Assembly (NCBI RefSeq): GCF_001194135.2
Contig: NC_069000.1
Location: 17,099,256 to 17,162,431, forward strand
Length of the DNA stretch: 63,176 nt
Origin: Octopus bimaculoides
Lineage: Eukaryota
Direction: 5' to 3'
The notes beneath the pieces are model-generated. The model did no database searches and was not told where the DNA came from. It saw nothing but the letters and a program-made list of their open reading frames with translations. This document shows positions 62,213 to 63,176 of the stretch, piece after piece. Position 1 is the stretch's first letter, and the number at the start of each line of letters is the position of its first letter. The translations under genes and the position numbers were made by a program.

Positions 62213-62455
62213 ATCCTTTACAGTCTTTACATGCATTCACATTATTACATTAAATGTAACGCTTTATTTAATCACATTGCTTTGAATTAATCATGCATTA
62301 TGTCATACCGTAACGATTTCGATGATGTGATTGTTTATTTTTAGAATGACATAAAACTGAGGGGGTGAGAGGACAGATCTGGCTAGTTTTAACATAAAAC
62401 AGGTACAATATTTGGGCTTGAATATTTATAGCCAGTTTGTATGCTAAAAGGTTAA
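62213..62455 (-). mobile_element. piggyBac-type MITE (family P2)
   Basis: tttatccttta... / ...gctaaaaggttaa degenerate TTAA-CCC termini; aligns with 46858-47035. Confidence 0.65.
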
Positions 62456-62708
62456 AACTTTCAACATTGAAAAGTGGTAAAAATTTGACTGAGTTCACTC
62501 CCTAAATCTACCCTTAATATCCCTATTTAGAAACTTGGTTGCCATTCAGAGAAAGTGGAAATAAACCTCCATACTTGCAATAACTATATCACGCAAGAGA
62601 GCTTTCTTCTCTTTTTTCTCAATATTTTTATACTGAACCACTCAAGGAAGATCAACTTTAAATGTGGATTTCAATGATATATTAGACACACATATACAAA
62701 TATAAATA

Positions 62709-62771
<63 letters not shown>

Positions 62772-62983
62772 GCATACATATACATACATAAATGAATATA
62801 TACATATATATACATACATAAATATACATATACATACATATATATATGCATTCACATATACATATACACACACACATATATACACACACATCAATACACA
62901 TATATATGTACATGTATGTATACACACACACACACACACACATATATATACGAATTTATACATATACATACATACATACATAT

Positions 62984-63070
62984 GAGCCTGGTGCAGCCTC
63001 TGACTCTCCAGACTTCAATCAAACCGTCCAACCCATGGCAGCATGGAAAGCGGACATTAAATGATGATAA
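62984..63070 (+). mobile_element. RTE 3' end
   Basis: gagcctggtgcagcc..ccgtccaacccatggcagcatggaaagcggacattaaatgatgat. Confidence 0.8.
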
Positions 63071-63096
63071 TAACATACACACACACACATATATAT

Positions 63097-63176
<80 letters not shown>

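Overview
AT-rich, microsatellite-dense, gapped draft eukaryotic sequence. The SINE/LINE repertoire points to a coleoid cephalopod, most likely Octopus (inference). No prokaryotic-type features, CRISPR arrays or true tRNA/rRNA genes are supported. Almost all long ORFs in the track are artefacts of N-gaps or microsatellites. Host-gene signal is sparse and missed by the ORF track: one well-supported minus-strand exon of a Ctr/SLC31 copper transporter (3958-4078), a probable minus-strand terminal exon with a cadherin-87A-like tail (32237-32386), a few weaker exon candidates, and an NRF-1-motif promoter-like region near 16.8 kb. The rest is transposon-derived: three tRNA-type SINE families (labelled S1, S2, S3 here), RTE LINE fragments, R4/Dong RLE retrotransposons, Naiad-type Penelope-like fragments, Tc1 and mariner relics, hAT and piggyBac-type MITEs, mini-Helitrons and several near-perfect palindromes. 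Most notable: (1) a tRNA-headed short element with a Penelope-type hammerhead-like tail and an inverted terminal duplication (18906-19187); (2) a head-to-tail chain of five Dong/R4 3' ends from four families, each separated by an (AAT)n array (7.5-11.4 kb); (3) a 690-bp TIR element retaining a SAP + SWIM-like ORF, consistent with an ISL2EU deletion derivative (15531-16220). All family assignments were made by eye, with no database search; boundaries of degenerate repeats are approximate.
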